NCBI GenBank assembly: GCA_903831815.1
Contig: CAIKZC010000010.1
Coordinates: forward strand, 14,914 to 78,913
Direction: 5' to 3'
Length of the DNA stretch: 64,000 nt
Origin: an uncultured bacterium
GTDB taxonomy: Bacteria > Patescibacteriota > Minisyncoccia > Phycocordibacterales > UBA11359
Shown: positions 1 through 9,045 of the stretch, one piece after another
How positions within the stretch are numbered: the first letter of the stretch is position 1
Layout: the number at the start of each line of letters is the position of its first letter
Notes under the pieces: generated by a model
Seen by the model: only the letters and a program-made list of their open reading frames with translations
The model's database searches: none
Told to the model about the DNA's origin: nothing
Translations under genes and position numbers: made by a program

Positions 1-278
1 CTTGGCGAGTTTATGGTCATGAAAAAACAAGCGCTGCGGATCGAATGCGTGTCGAGAATGAATTGGCTTTGGCTAATCAGCGTGCAATGCTTTTGAAAAC
101 TCAAGTTGATAATTTAAAAACAAAACAAGGAGTGGATGATGAGATACGTTCGAAATTTAACGTAGTTAAAGAAAATGAAGGAGTTGCGGTTATTGTGACT
201 GGCACAAGTGGTGTCAGCACGTCAACAATTCCGGCTGAGGAAAGATCGTGGTGGCAAAAGATGTTTGACATATTTTAG
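1..278 (+). CDS. Hypothetical protein, 5'-truncated at window edge (reading frame is open back to position 3); coiled-coil-like, C-terminus Gly/Ser/Thr-rich
   Basis: Frame containing ORF 45..278 has no upstream stop back to the window start; no recognisable family. Confidence 0.35.
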   Translation, partial: WRVYGHEKTSAADRMRVENELALANQRAMLLKTQVDNLKTKQGVDDEIRSKFNVVKENEGVAVIVTGTSGVSTSTIPAEERSWWQKMFDIF

Positions 279-351
279 CGGGATTAGTTTAGTGGTAGAA
301 CTTGTGCTTCCCAAGCATAGGGCGCCAGTTCGATTCTGGCATCCCGCACCA
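278..351 (+). tRNA. tRNA-Gly (anticodon CCC), CCA encoded
   Basis: Cloverleaf read by eye: acceptor GCGGGAT/ATCCCGC, anticodon loop TTCCCAA, T-arm GCCAG-TTCGATT-CTGGC, 3' ACCA. Confidence 0.85.
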
Positions 352-446
352 CAAGAAGTTTTTTTATGTTCTATTTTTGAAAATTTTGGAGGATATGTTA
401 CGGGTATGTTATAATCGGAAAATATCATTAATATTTGAAATATATC

Positions 447-680
447 ATGAAAAACATAACGATTTATTCAACGCCGACGTGTCACTTCTGTAATTTAGCC
501 AAGGATTTCTTCATTGAGCACAATATCGCATACACGGAATATGATGTGGCGGCCGATGTTAAAAAACGTCAAGAAATGGTTGATAAGACCGGCCAAATGG
601 GCGTGCCTGTCATTGATATTGATGGAGAGATCATGGTCGGATTTAACGAAGAAGCCATGGCAAAAGCCCTTGGTATATAG
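447..680 (+). CDS. Glutaredoxin/NrdH-like thiol-disulfide oxidoreductase
   Basis: CHFC active-site motif after a beta-strand (ITIYSTPTCHFC), ~78 aa, thioredoxin-fold pattern (GVPVIDIDG); ATG at 447 (track M at 435 is TTG). Confidence 0.75.
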   Translation: MKNITIYSTPTCHFCNLAKDFFIEHNIAYTEYDVAADVKKRQEMVDKTGQMGVPVIDIDGEIMVGFNEEAMAKALGI

Positions 681-706
681 TCCAAAAACAGCTTAAAAGT
701 GCCCTA

Positions 707-730
707 AAAGCCTCATAGCGAGGCTTTTTT
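707..730 (+). terminator. Rho-independent terminator (AAAGCCTC-ATAGC-GAGGCTTT + T6)
   Basis: Perfect stem followed by TTTTTT directly after the glutaredoxin stop. Confidence 0.7.
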
Positions 731-763
731 GTTGCTCTGGTCTATGTTATAGTTTCCGTGCCT

Positions 764-835
764 GCCCTCGTAGTTCAACGGATAGAACGATTCCGTCCTA
801 AGGAATAAATGTAGGTTCAATTCCTGCCGGGGGCA
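764..835 (+). tRNA. tRNA-Arg (anticodon CCT), no encoded CCA
   Basis: Acceptor GCCCTCG/CGGGGGC, anticodon stem ATTCC/GGAAT with loop GTCCTAA, T-loop TTCAATT. Confidence 0.8.
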
Positions 836-887
836 CAAATCTTCAGTCTTTGTTTTTCGGCATATCTGTGTTATCCTAGAAAAACCG

Positions 888-1142
888 ATGGATGAACAAG
901 AGCGAAAAATGCTTGAAGAAGTGGTAGCACTTTCTCGAGAAAATAACGTTGCGATTCGCAAGTTGATGGCTTCTCATCGACGAACTGTGATTTGGCGTTC
1001 TATCTATTGGACAATCATAATCGGAAGTACTATTGCGGCTTATTATTCGATCCAGCCGTACATGACTTCGCTCATCAGTTTGTATAGCGGTCAAGATATT
1101 AGTAAAGTTCTTGATACCTTCAACGCTTCGACGAGTCATTAA
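888..1142 (+). CDS. Hypothetical small membrane protein (one TM segment)
   Basis: ORF between two tRNAs; hydrophobic stretch WRSIYWTIIIGSTIAAYY. Confidence 0.4.
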   Translation: MDEQERKMLEEVVALSRENNVAIRKLMASHRRTVIWRSIYWTIIIGSTIAAYYSIQPYMTSLISLYSGQDISKVLDTFNASTSH

Positions 1143-1144
1143 AT

Positions 1145-1220
1145 GCTGAGGTAGCTCAGTTGGTAGAGCATTTCCCTGAAGAGGAAGGGGTCGCCGGTTC
1201 GATCCCGGCCCTCAGCACCA
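1145..1220 (+). tRNA. tRNA-Phe (anticodon GAA), CCA encoded
   Basis: GCTGAGG...CCTCAGC acceptor, anticodon loop CTGAAGA, T-loop TTCGATC, 3' ACCA. Confidence 0.85.
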
Positions 1221-1224
1221 TAAC

Positions 1225-1256
1225 AAAAAACCGCCTATTACTTTGGCGGTTTTTTG
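1225..1256. terminator. Bidirectional intrinsic terminator (CCGCC...GGCGG flanked by A6 and T6)
   Basis: AAAAAACCGCC-tattactttg-GGCGGTTTTTT lies between tRNA-Phe (+) and the hsp20 stop (-). Confidence 0.65.
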
Positions 1257-1257
1257 T

Positions 1258-1734
1258 TTAAACAGATTTAACGCGGAGTTTGGCTTGTCTTCGTTTATCT
1301 ATTTTTGGCAGACGGATTGTAAGCAAACCATGTTTTTGTGTCGCCTCAGCTTCTTCAACCTCGATCTCTTGCGGTAATGCAATCGTTCTTGAGAATGAAC
1401 CCCAATACAATTCGCGGCAGAAATAATCATCGTCGGTGACTTCGCGAACACCTTCTCGCTTGCCTTTGATCGTAACGGTATCTCGTCCGATGGAAATATC
1501 CAATTCATTTGGGTCCATGCCGGAAACCATGGCTTTGATAATGATATCATCAGGAGTTTGGTAAACATCAACGGTCAATTCGCCTTCAGGTTCTTCTTCA
1601 CCCCATTCACTTTTTATCGGCAAATGAGAAACGGGTTTTTTAGTTTCTTCCTCCTCTTCAACTTCCGGCTCCAATTCGTCGTCAATCTTGACGGTGCCGG
1701 TTAGTCTTTCAAAAAAAGATCTTTTTTCTTTCAT
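1258..1734 (-). CDS. Hsp20/alpha-crystallin family small heat-shock protein
   Basis: Alpha-crystallin-domain pattern (VDVYQT...ISIGRDTVTIKGKRE...GLLTIRLPK) with an acidic N-terminal extension. Confidence 0.8.
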   Translation of the reverse strand: MKEKRSFFERLTGTVKIDDELEPEVEEEEETKKPVSHLPIKSEWGEEEPEGELTVDVYQTPDDIIIKAMVSGMDPNELDISIGRDTVTIKGKREGVREVTDDDYFCRELYWGSFSRTIALPQEIEVEEAEATQKHGLLTIRLPKIDKRRQAKLRVKSV

Positions 1735-1736
1735 GT

Positions 1737-2492
1737 TTATAAATTATTTTTTAATAAAATCTGAGTTACCGGCGCTCTCATTCTTTTGATCTCTTCAAAA
1801 ACGAGGGCGAAACCTATCATTGTTATCCAGACTATCGAGAATATTAGGAAAATGCTGCCGCTACTTCCATCTATTATAAATAAATTAAAGATTGTATGCA
1901 ATACGATGGCCACAAATATGCCGCCGACAGCCCAAAATATTTTTTTAGCCTTGGATTTGTAAAAGCTCCAAGCCATGGCGATACCGATCGTTGATGAAGC
2001 GACAACGTGCAACAAATTGGCGCCGATAAAGCGCAAATTGGTCAGGAAAATAGTGCTATATATACTTGTATTGATTATTGCAGGCGTTCCTGAAACCGAG
2101 CTATTTAGAATAAATAACGTGTTTTCAAGGGCGGCAAAACCAAGAGCGGCGCACATCATATAAATAACAGCATCAAGCGGTTCGTCGAATTGTTTGGTGT
2201 GAAGGGCGGCGATGTAAGCGGCCGAAAACTTCAAAATTTCTTCAACGGCGGCCCAAGCGGTAAAACGCCAAAATGGAGTAGGTGAATTCTGATAAAAAAA
2301 TGCTTCAAGAGGAATTGCCAGAAAAATCATGGACATACCGGTCGTAAAAGTGAAAGCTAAAGTTGAACGCGGCTCGGGATGTTCTTTGTCTTCGTGAAGC
2401 CAAAACCACAACCAAACAAGTGCCGGCAAGAGGCCGGCAAAAAAGGCATAAACGATCGTTTCAAAAATATTCATTACTATATTATAGGCCAA
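1737..2492 (-). CDS. PrsW-family intramembrane protease-like membrane protein
   Basis: Multi-TM protein carrying EEILKF and FAALEN motifs, consistent with the PrsW/YhfC EExxK + FxxxEN signature. Confidence 0.55.
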   Translation of the reverse strand: MAYNIVMNIFETIVYAFFAGLLPALVWLWFWLHEDKEHPEPRSTLAFTFTTGMSMIFLAIPLEAFFYQNSPTPFWRFTAWAAVEEILKFSAAYIAALHTKQFDEPLDAVIYMMCAALGFAALENTLFILNSSVSGTPAIINTSIYSTIFLTNLRFIGANLLHVVASSTIGIAMAWSFYKSKAKKIFWAVGGIFVAIVLHTIFNLFIIDGSSGSIFLIFSIVWITMIGFALVFEEIKRMRAPVTQILLKNNL

Positions 2493-4681
2493 TTTTCCAC
2501 AATCAGCATCTTATCTGAGTTGGGGATAATTAATGACCAGAGTTCTTCGGTCACAAATGGCATAAATGGATGAAGAACTTTAAGAGAAGTCGTTAAAATC
2601 GTAAGCAAAGTTTTCTGACGGGAATTTTTGGCGGCGATATCGGCGCCAGCGAGGATCGGTTTACTTTGTTCGATTATAACATCGGCAAATTCACTCCAGA
2701 TATAATGGTAAATTTTTTCGGCAGCCATGTAGAAACGATATTCTTCGATATCTTTAGTGACGTCGACAACTTGAGCGTTGAGGGCGTCGATGAGCGCTTG
2801 ATCGGCTGGCAAAATCGTAATTTTTGTGGAAGCATTTTCCTCCGGCATATCCGTCGTGCTGGTCAAAACGAAACGAGCGATGTTCCAAATCTTGTTGGCG
2901 AAATGTTTATAACCTTTGATTTTGTCTTCGGAAAGTTTGCTGTCAGTGCCGGCACTTCCTGACATGATAAGAGCCATGCGACCAGCGTCGGCACCGTATT
3001 TGTCAGCTACATCTATCGGATCGATACCGTTGCCGAGTGACTTGGACATTTTTTGACCCTTGGCATCGCGAACTGTGCCGTGTAAATAAACGGTATGAAA
3101 GGGAATTGTGCCGATATGATATCCGGTCATAAGGATCATGCGAGCCACCCAGAAGAAAAGGATTTCGTAACCGGTTTCTAGGACGTCGGTTGGGTGATAA
3201 ATTTCCATGTCTTGTGTTTTTTCCGGCCAACCCAAAGTTGAAAACGTCCAAAGACCGGAAGAAAACCAAGTGTCAAGGGTGTCCTCGTCTTGTGTCCAAC
3301 CTTCTTCTTTCGGTGCTTCTATTCCGCAATAAATTTCTTTACCTTTATACCATACAGGAATGCGATGACCGTACCAGATCTGACGGCTGATGCACCAATC
3401 ACGCAAATTTTCGATCCAATGAAAATAAGTTTTGTCAAAATATTCAGGGATAATTTGAATTTGTTTTGAACTAACAGTTTTGGACATTATTTCTTTGAGG
3501 GTGGTTTCTGAACCGCTCGCAATGCCTTCAATGTTGGAATTTTTGATCGTAAATTTTTTATTTACAGCCACGAACCACTGATTCATGATTTGTGGTTCGA
3601 TCATGCCGCCAGTGCGTTCTGCTGTGGCGGTATTGTGAGTATAATCCTCTTCTTTTTCCACCAAGCCTTTAGATCGAAGTTTTTCAACTATTTTTGCTCG
3701 TGCATCGGTTATTTTCATTCCGGAAAATTCACCAGTAATAGGCAAAAGTTTTCCATATTTATCAATAATCTGCTCTTTGTCCAAATTGTGTCGCTCGGCT
3801 ATTTCAAAGTCCACAACAGAGTGCCAAGGAGTAATGGTCATAACGCCAGTTCCGAATTCCATATCGATGGCCGTATCTTTGATAACGGTGGCAGTGATTG
3901 GTCCGTTAATCCATTCCAAATCGATTTTTTGGCCGTCTTTGTATTCAGCATAGCGTTTGTCATCAGGATGCATGACGACGTATTTGTCACCAAACTTTGT
4001 CTCGGGACGCGAAGTACCAATAACGAAAGGTCCATATTTAAAATAATAGAATTTGGTTTTTTCTTCTTTGTAAACAATCTCGTCGTCGGAAATCGTGGTC
4101 TGACCTTTTGGATCCCAGTTAACAATACGTTTGCCTTGGTAGATTAAGCCGTCATCGAACATGTTTTTGAAGGCTGTACGAACAGCCAAACTTCTTTTTT
4201 CATCTAGAGTAAAAGCTTCACGAGTCCAATCGACGGAAGCACCGGTGCGTTTAACTTGTTCGACGATTGTGTCGTGGCTTTCTTGGGCAAATTTTTCGAT
4301 GCGTTTCAGCAATTCTTCGCGACCGAGGTCGTGACGATTTTTACCTTCTTTTTTGGCAATATCTTTTTCAACTTTTGATTGAGTGGCGATAGCGGCGTGA
4401 TCGGTTCCAGGAAGCCAAAGTGTGCGACGGCCGTTCATTCGATAATATCGAATCATGAGATCCTCGATGGCGATCATCAAAGCGTGTCCCATGTGCAAAA
4501 TACCAGTGACGTTTGGCGGAGGTAAAATAATAGTGTACGGCTTGGCGTCAGCTTTTGTGTAGCCTTTTTTGATGCAAGTTTCGGGATTAAAAAAACCGCT
4601 TGCTTCCCAAGTTTTGTAAATGCGTTGTTCTGTCTCTTTCGGATCGTACGGTTTTAAAAGTTTTTCCGGGATTTGGTTCAT
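2477..4681 (-). CDS. valS: Valine--tRNA ligase (shortened form, 734 aa)
   Basis: Class I HIGH region PPPNVTGILHMGHA and the KMSKSLGN motif; editing-domain-like middle region; lacks the long C-terminal coiled coil. Confidence 0.85.
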   Translation of the reverse strand: MNQIPEKLLKPYDPKETEQRIYKTWEASGFFNPETCIKKGYTKADAKPYTIILPPPNVTGILHMGHALMIAIEDLMIRYYRMNGRRTLWLPGTDHAAIATQSKVEKDIAKKEGKNRHDLGREELLKRIEKFAQESHDTIVEQVKRTGASVDWTREAFTLDEKRSLAVRTAFKNMFDDGLIYQGKRIVNWDPKGQTTISDDEIVYKEEKTKFYYFKYGPFVIGTSRPETKFGDKYVVMHPDDKRYAEYKDGQKIDLEWINGPITATVIKDTAIDMEFGTGVMTITPWHSVVDFEIAERHNLDKEQIIDKYGKLLPITGEFSGMKITDARAKIVEKLRSKGLVEKEEDYTHNTATAERTGGMIEPQIMNQWFVAVNKKFTIKNSNIEGIASGSETTLKEIMSKTVSSKQIQIIPEYFDKTYFHWIENLRDWCISRQIWYGHRIPVWYKGKEIYCGIEAPKEEGWTQDEDTLDTWFSSGLWTFSTLGWPEKTQDMEIYHPTDVLETGYEILFFWVARMILMTGYHIGTIPFHTVYLHGTVRDAKGQKMSKSLGNGIDPIDVADKYGADAGRMALIMSGSAGTDSKLSEDKIKGYKHFANKIWNIARFVLTSTTDMPEENASTKITILPADQALIDALNAQVVDVTKDIEEYRFYMAAEKIYHYIWSEFADVIIEQSKPILAGADIAAKNSRQKTLLTILTTSLKVLHPFMPFVTEELWSLIIPNSDKMLIVENWPII

Positions 4682-4723
4682 TTTAATTAACTGTAAATTG
4701 ATTGTGAAAATTGCTTGCGCGGT

Positions 4724-4879
4724 TTAATCTGGTTTATATTTCATTATTAACATTGCCCCGATAGTCAAGCAGAGCCAGAAAACAATAAAAGCCCAAAGAT
4801 AGGTTTGAAAATAATAAACAATTGCCACGCTCGCAGCTATTCCGGCAAATAAGATTAAGTATCCCAAAGCTCCTTTCAT
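4724..4879 (-). CDS. Small hydrophobic protein (51 aa, two predicted TM helices)
   Basis: Hand translation: MKGALGYLILFAGIAASVAIVYYFQTYLWAFIVFWLCLTIGAMLIMKYKPD; fills the valS-tsaD gap; too short for the ORF track. Confidence 0.3.
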   Translation of the reverse strand: MKGALGYLILFAGIAASVAIVYYFQTYLWAFIVFWLCLTIGAMLIMKYKPD

Positions 4880-4927
4880 GGTTGTATCTTAGCAAAAAGT
4901 TGCTATATATTCAATTTATCAACAAAC

Positions 4928-6184
4928 CTAGAGGCTCAGGTTGCCGACGGCTTTAAAATCGGTGCGCGAATGACGACCAAGAAGGAAATTGAAATAGCCG
5001 GCGACAGCGATCATGACAGCATTGTCGGTGGAAATAATGGTTGGCGGAATAATGAGATGGATGTGAGGCGATTGCAAGATCATTTTTTCAAAGGCGGTGC
5101 GAATGTGAGTGTTGGCTGTGACGCCGCCACCGAGGATCAGATTTTTCACGCCAAATTCATCAAAAGCTTTTTCGGTTTTGTAAACCAAGACGTCGGTGAC
5201 GGCGTTTTGAAACTCTTCAGCGATGACGGATTTGAGTTCGGGGGATAGATTTGTCGCGAGGTCCGGATTGGCATCTTTGATCTTTTTAATGAAATAAAGA
5301 ACGGAAGTTTTTAGGCCGGAAAAAGAAAAATCAAAATCTTTGGAGTCAATCATTGGGCGAGGGAATACGACGTTGTATTTTTCTTTGATTTCTCGACGCT
5401 TTTGTTCGTTGAATTGCTCGGCGAGTTTACTGATCTCCGGACCGCCTGGATATGGTAGGTCCAGCATGCGGGCCACTTTGTCAAAAGCTTCACCAACGGC
5501 ATCGTCTTTGGTTTGTCCGATGACTTGATAGTCAAGCCAATCTTTTATGACGACAAGTTCCGTATGACCGCCGCTAATGATGAGTGAAAGAGCGGGGAAA
5601 GCGATTTTTTGTAATTGATGCGCTTCAATGAGAGGCGAGAGCACGTGACCTTCGAGGTGATTGACCGGATAGACCGGCATGTTCCAAGCAATCGCTAGTG
5701 CTTTGGAAAAGTTGACTCCAACCCAAAGCGCTGGCTCGAGTCCCGGACCCATAGTCACCGAAATCATATCGATGGCAGGTCGATCGTATGTGTTAATGAA
5801 TTGCCAAAAATCTTCAAAAAGCCCTATCTCACGCTCGAGCAACGTTTGCAGCTGACTTTTTTTGGCCGCTAAAGTTTGCAAAAATTCCGTCGATTTGTTT
5901 GGCGATTTTTCTGAGTTTTTTTCCGAATCATTTGTCCGTTCAGATTGAATCGGCAACAGAACGTCAGCCTCCTTCAAAGCCTGTCCCAAAAGTGGCACCA
6001 GATTTTTAGCATGCTCGCGTTTAGCTAGAGCAGGAAAAACCCCGCCATATTCCTTGTGAATCGCGATTTGTGAATATAATGCATTACCAAGCACTTTAAA
6101 TTGTGCGGTCGAAACATCACCTTGCGCTTCAAGGAGACAAACCGCCGTTTCGTCGCAACTTGTTTCAATTCCTAAAATTTTCAT
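4928..6184 (-). CDS. tsaD: tRNA N6-adenosine threonylcarbamoyltransferase TsaD (Kae1/Gcp family) with a ~70-aa low-complexity insertion
   Basis: MKILGIETSCDETAVCL N-terminus, HLEGHVLSP metal-binding motif, GGVTANTHIR C-terminal motif. Confidence 0.85.
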   Translation of the reverse strand: MKILGIETSCDETAVCLLEAQGDVSTAQFKVLGNALYSQIAIHKEYGGVFPALAKREHAKNLVPLLGQALKEADVLLPIQSERTNDSEKNSEKSPNKSTEFLQTLAAKKSQLQTLLEREIGLFEDFWQFINTYDRPAIDMISVTMGPGLEPALWVGVNFSKALAIAWNMPVYPVNHLEGHVLSPLIEAHQLQKIAFPALSLIISGGHTELVVIKDWLDYQVIGQTKDDAVGEAFDKVARMLDLPYPGGPEISKLAEQFNEQKRREIKEKYNVVFPRPMIDSKDFDFSFSGLKTSVLYFIKKIKDANPDLATNLSPELKSVIAEEFQNAVTDVLVYKTEKAFDEFGVKNLILGGGVTANTHIRTAFEKMILQSPHIHLIIPPTIISTDNAVMIAVAGYFNFLLGRHSRTDFKAVGNLSL

Positions 6185-6247
6185 ATAATTTAGTATACAG
6201 AAAGGCTCTCGATATTGCTATCGAGAGCCGGGCGGTTGTTATATAAC

Positions 6248-6607
6248 TCATTGACACTTAAGGACTAGAGATGGGTCTGCAATCAGTACACCCTTAACGC
6301 TGATGCCATCAATCGCAAAGTCGAAGTTCATGCCCAAGACACGTTTCTTGTCTCTTCGATAAAACACGCACGAAGCAGACATAGATCCGGTCGTTGTGAA
6401 TTGAACGTTCACTACAAGCCGCGTTGAGATTTCATAGGCGATAGCCCAATACTGGCTCCATTCTTGAGGCGCATCAAGCCCCAAAAATTTTTTGCAAGAT
6501 GGGCCGATGAAACTGATGGATTCATCAAATCGTTCCCTTTGCATGGAAAGGCGACTCATTGCATGGCGTACGTCCTGAGAGACTGAGATAGAGATATTCT
6601 TAATCAC
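6248..6607 (-). CDS. Hypothetical protein
   Basis: 119-aa ORF with a GC hairpin (GGCTCTCGAT...ATCGAGAGCC, 6196..6228) downstream of its stop. Confidence 0.35.
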   Translation of the reverse strand: MIKNISISVSQDVRHAMSRLSMQRERFDESISFIGPSCKKFLGLDAPQEWSQYWAIAYEISTRLVVNVQFTTTGSMSASCVFYRRDKKRVLGMNFDFAIDGISVKGVLIADPSLVLKCQ

Positions 6608-6710
6608 CGTGATTCTCCTTTTGGAAATGGCTCACTGCGGCCAGTTGAACATCGGTGGCACAATACCACCTCTCTAATCCAAATAATATAAGACAATTAT
6701 AAAAAGTCAA

Positions 6711-6785
6711 TGGTCGGGGCACTGGGATTTGAACCCAGAGTCTTACGTACCCGAAACGTAAATGTTACCGTTACACTATGCCCCG
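6711..6785 (-). tRNA. tRNA-Pro (anticodon CGG), CCA encoded
   Basis: Reverse complement folds: CGGGGCA acceptor, anticodon stem TACGT/ACGTA with loop TTCGGGT, T-arm CTGGG-TTCAAAT-CCCAG, ACCA. Confidence 0.8.
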
Positions 6786-6805
6786 AATAAAATATTACTT
6801 AAATG

Positions 6806-6879
6806 TGGGCGGTGAGGAATTCGAATCCACGACCCTCGTCACGTCAAGACGATGCTCTAACCAGCTGAGCTAACCGCCC
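6806..6879 (-). tRNA. tRNA-Val (anticodon GAC), no encoded CCA
   Basis: Reverse complement: GGGCGGT acceptor, D-arm GCTCAGCTGGTTAGAGC, anticodon stem TCGTC/GACGA with loop TTGACGT. Confidence 0.8.
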
Positions 6880-7562
6880 ATCAACTTAATGGTCTTTTCA
6901 CAGAACCTCCTACTAAGATAGACTAATTTTCTCTGTATGGCAACAGTGCAGCAATTAACTACGCAAACACCTTTATAATTTGGGTATGTTGGTTTGCCTA
7001 CAGTTCTTTGATCTATTGATACTTGAGTAAATCTTTCAATTGTGGCATTTAGTTCTTTTGACCAATATTTCTTCATCTCTTGTGGATTTTGGTCGGCACG
7101 TAAGTGTAATGCGTATCGTATTTTTGTTGAATCGATATTATATATTTTCTTCATTCCAATTAAGAAGAATTTTAAAATTAATGGGTCAGAATTTCCGAGA
7201 CACGTTTTGTTCTTTTTTGATCCTTCACCTAGATATAACATAGCTAGCGCGAGTTCAAATGTTTCTTTTGAAGAGAGGTCGATTTTATTTAAAACACTCA
7301 ATGCTTGTTGTTCGGCAAATTCTAACCGATGTTTTTTCTGTGTATTGTGCCAAACAACAGCGTTTTTTCTTGCGTTATTTAATGCGATTTCTGAATTATG
7401 TTTTAGTTTAGCTATTTGTTTTTTGTTTAAGGTAATATTTTTAAACCAACCGCTAAGTGTCGATCTGGGGATTTTTAATCTTTTTTCTATAACAACAATC
7501 GATTCACCTTGTTTTCTTAGATGTAGAGCTTTTGATTTTAATTTGATCCACTTTGATTTCAT
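6870..7562 (-). CDS. HTH-domain protein of unknown function (N-terminal resolvase/IS30-like helix-turn-helix); 3' end overlaps tRNA-Val by 10 nt
   Basis: N-terminal GESIVVIEKRLKIPRSTLSGW HTH-like segment; LYLGEGSK segment faintly reminiscent of LAGLIDADG; sits between tRNAs and a divergent malic enzyme gene. Confidence 0.4.
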   Translation of the reverse strand: MKSKWIKLKSKALHLRKQGESIVVIEKRLKIPRSTLSGWFKNITLNKKQIAKLKHNSEIALNNARKNAVVWHNTQKKHRLEFAEQQALSVLNKIDLSSKETFELALAMLYLGEGSKKNKTCLGNSDPLILKFFLIGMKKIYNIDSTKIRYALHLRADQNPQEMKKYWSKELNATIERFTQVSIDQRTVGKPTYPNYKGVCVVNCCTVAIQRKLVYLSRRFCEKTIKLMGG

Positions 7563-7636
7563 TTATCAAGGCTAACATTTCGGAGATAAACTTTTCTAAA
7601 GTTATCAACTTACAAAAATATGCTAGAATACACCCC

Positions 7637-8794
7637 ATGAATTACAAAAAAGAATCACTAAAGAGACATCTGAAATTTCAGGGCAAAATCGAAATTAAAA
7701 ATAAATTCCCAGCGATAAAAACAAAAGATGATTTAAGTGTGGCATATACTCCCGGTGTGGCCGAGGTGTCGTCATTTCTCGCTAAAAATCCGGATCAAGC
7801 GCGAAAGTACTCAATTAAAGGCAACACTATCGCCGTGGTCTCCGACGGCTCGGCGGTTTTGGGTCTTGGCAATATTGGTCCGTACGGCGCGCTGCCCGTG
7901 ATGGAAGGGAAGTCTTTGCTTTTTAAGGAATTTGGCAACGTGGACGCATATCCGATCGTTTTGGCGACGCAGGATACGGAGGAGATCATCAAGATCGTCA
8001 AAGCTATTGCGCCGACTTTTGGCGGCATAAATTTGGAAGATATTTCTTCGCCTCGCTGTTTTGAGGTAGAAGAAAGGTTAATTAAGGAATTGGACATTCC
8101 GGTCTTTCATGATGATCAGCATGGAACGGCGATCGTGATTTTGGCGGCGCTTATCAATAGTTTGAAGTTGGTGAAAAAGCAAAAAGAAAATATAAAAATG
8201 GTGATCTGTGGTGCGGGTGCAGCAGGCATGGCCACCACTAAATTGTTAGTGAAATTTGGAATTAAAAATATTGTTTTGGTTGATTCAAAAGGAATCGTTT
8301 CCAAGGATCGAAAGGACCTCAATGGTGTGAAAATAGAAATGCTCAAGCTGACCAATTCGCAGAACCTTTCTGGAAGTTTAGCTGATGCATTAAAAGGTAC
8401 CGATGTTTTTGTGGGCGTGAGTACTGCCAATATTTTGAAACCGGAATTTATTAAACTTATGGCTGACAAACCAATTATTTTCGCCATGGCCAATCCATGC
8501 CCGGAAATTATGCCCGACCTCGCCAAGAAAGCCGGAGCTTATATCGTCGGTACCGGCCGAAGTGATTTCCCTAATCAGATAAATAATGTACTAGTTTTTC
8601 CCGGTTTGTTTCGTGGTGTTTTAGATAACGGCATCAGGCTCATCACGGATGAAATAAAAATTGCGGTGGCTCAAACGCTTGCCGATTCGCTCGCCAAAAA
8701 AGATCTCAGCGTCGACAAAATCTTGCCGAGCACTTTGGATAAAAGTATCGCGCAGCTCATCTCCAAAAAATTGAAAAAATTCAAAGGAAAATAA
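7637..8794 (+). CDS. NAD(P)-dependent malic enzyme (small ~385-aa type)
   Basis: YTPGVAEV, VVSDGSAVLGLGNIGP, GAGAAG Rossmann motif, NQINNVLVFPG; start taken at the internal Met (ORF track start 7553 would overlap the divergent gene). Confidence 0.8.
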   Translation: MNYKKESLKRHLKFQGKIEIKNKFPAIKTKDDLSVAYTPGVAEVSSFLAKNPDQARKYSIKGNTIAVVSDGSAVLGLGNIGPYGALPVMEGKSLLFKEFGNVDAYPIVLATQDTEEIIKIVKAIAPTFGGINLEDISSPRCFEVEERLIKELDIPVFHDDQHGTAIVILAALINSLKLVKKQKENIKMVICGAGAAGMATTKLLVKFGIKNIVLVDSKGIVSKDRKDLNGVKIEMLKLTNSQNLSGSLADALKGTDVFVGVSTANILKPEFIKLMADKPIIFAMANPCPEIMPDLAKKAGAYIVGTGRSDFPNQINNVLVFPGLFRGVLDNGIRLITDEIKIAVAQTLADSLAKKDLSVDKILPSTLDKSIAQLISKKLKKFKGK

Positions 8795-8819
8795 AATCCA
8801 TTTGAAATGTTTTTATTTC

Positions 8820-8909
8820 TGGCGGAGAGGGGGAGATTCGAACTCCCGAAGAACTTTCGCCCTTGCTGGTTTTCGAAACCAGTGCTTTCGACCACTCAGC
8901 CACCTCTCC
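8820..8909 (-). tRNA. tRNA-Ser (anticodon CGA), long variable arm, CCA encoded
   Basis: Reverse complement: GGAGAGG acceptor, anticodon stem CTGGT/ACCAG with loop TTCGAAA, extended variable arm, T-loop TTCGAAT, GCCA. Confidence 0.8.
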
Positions 8910-8970
8910 GTGCCTCTAAACCTAACACTTTTTTGCTTTTTTATCAAAAAATGTTATATTCAAGCCTACC

Positions 8971-9045
8971 GGCTCTATCGTCTAACGGTTAGGACACGGC
9001 CTTTTCAAGGCTGGAATCGGGGTTCGATTCCCCGTAGAGTCACCA
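8971..9045 (+). tRNA. tRNA-Glu (anticodon TTC), CCA encoded
   Basis: GGCTCTA acceptor, anticodon stem CGGCC/GGCTG with loop TTTTCAA, T-arm CGGGG-TTCGATT-CCCCG, ACCA. Confidence 0.8.

Noticed and set aside
2666-4147. Plus-strand ORFs inside valS (for example 3590..4147, 185 aa) and similar antisense ORFs inside gyrA, clpB, infB, ftsZ and ftsA
   Set aside because: They are antisense to strongly supported conserved genes, with low-complexity or hydrophobic junk translations.
7553-7636. Malic enzyme start at 7553
   Set aside because: It would overlap the divergent 6870..7562 gene and add a non-conserved 28-aa extension; the Met at 7637 (MNYKKESLKRHL) fits family N-termini better. The ORF track also appears to render TTG/GTG starts as M.
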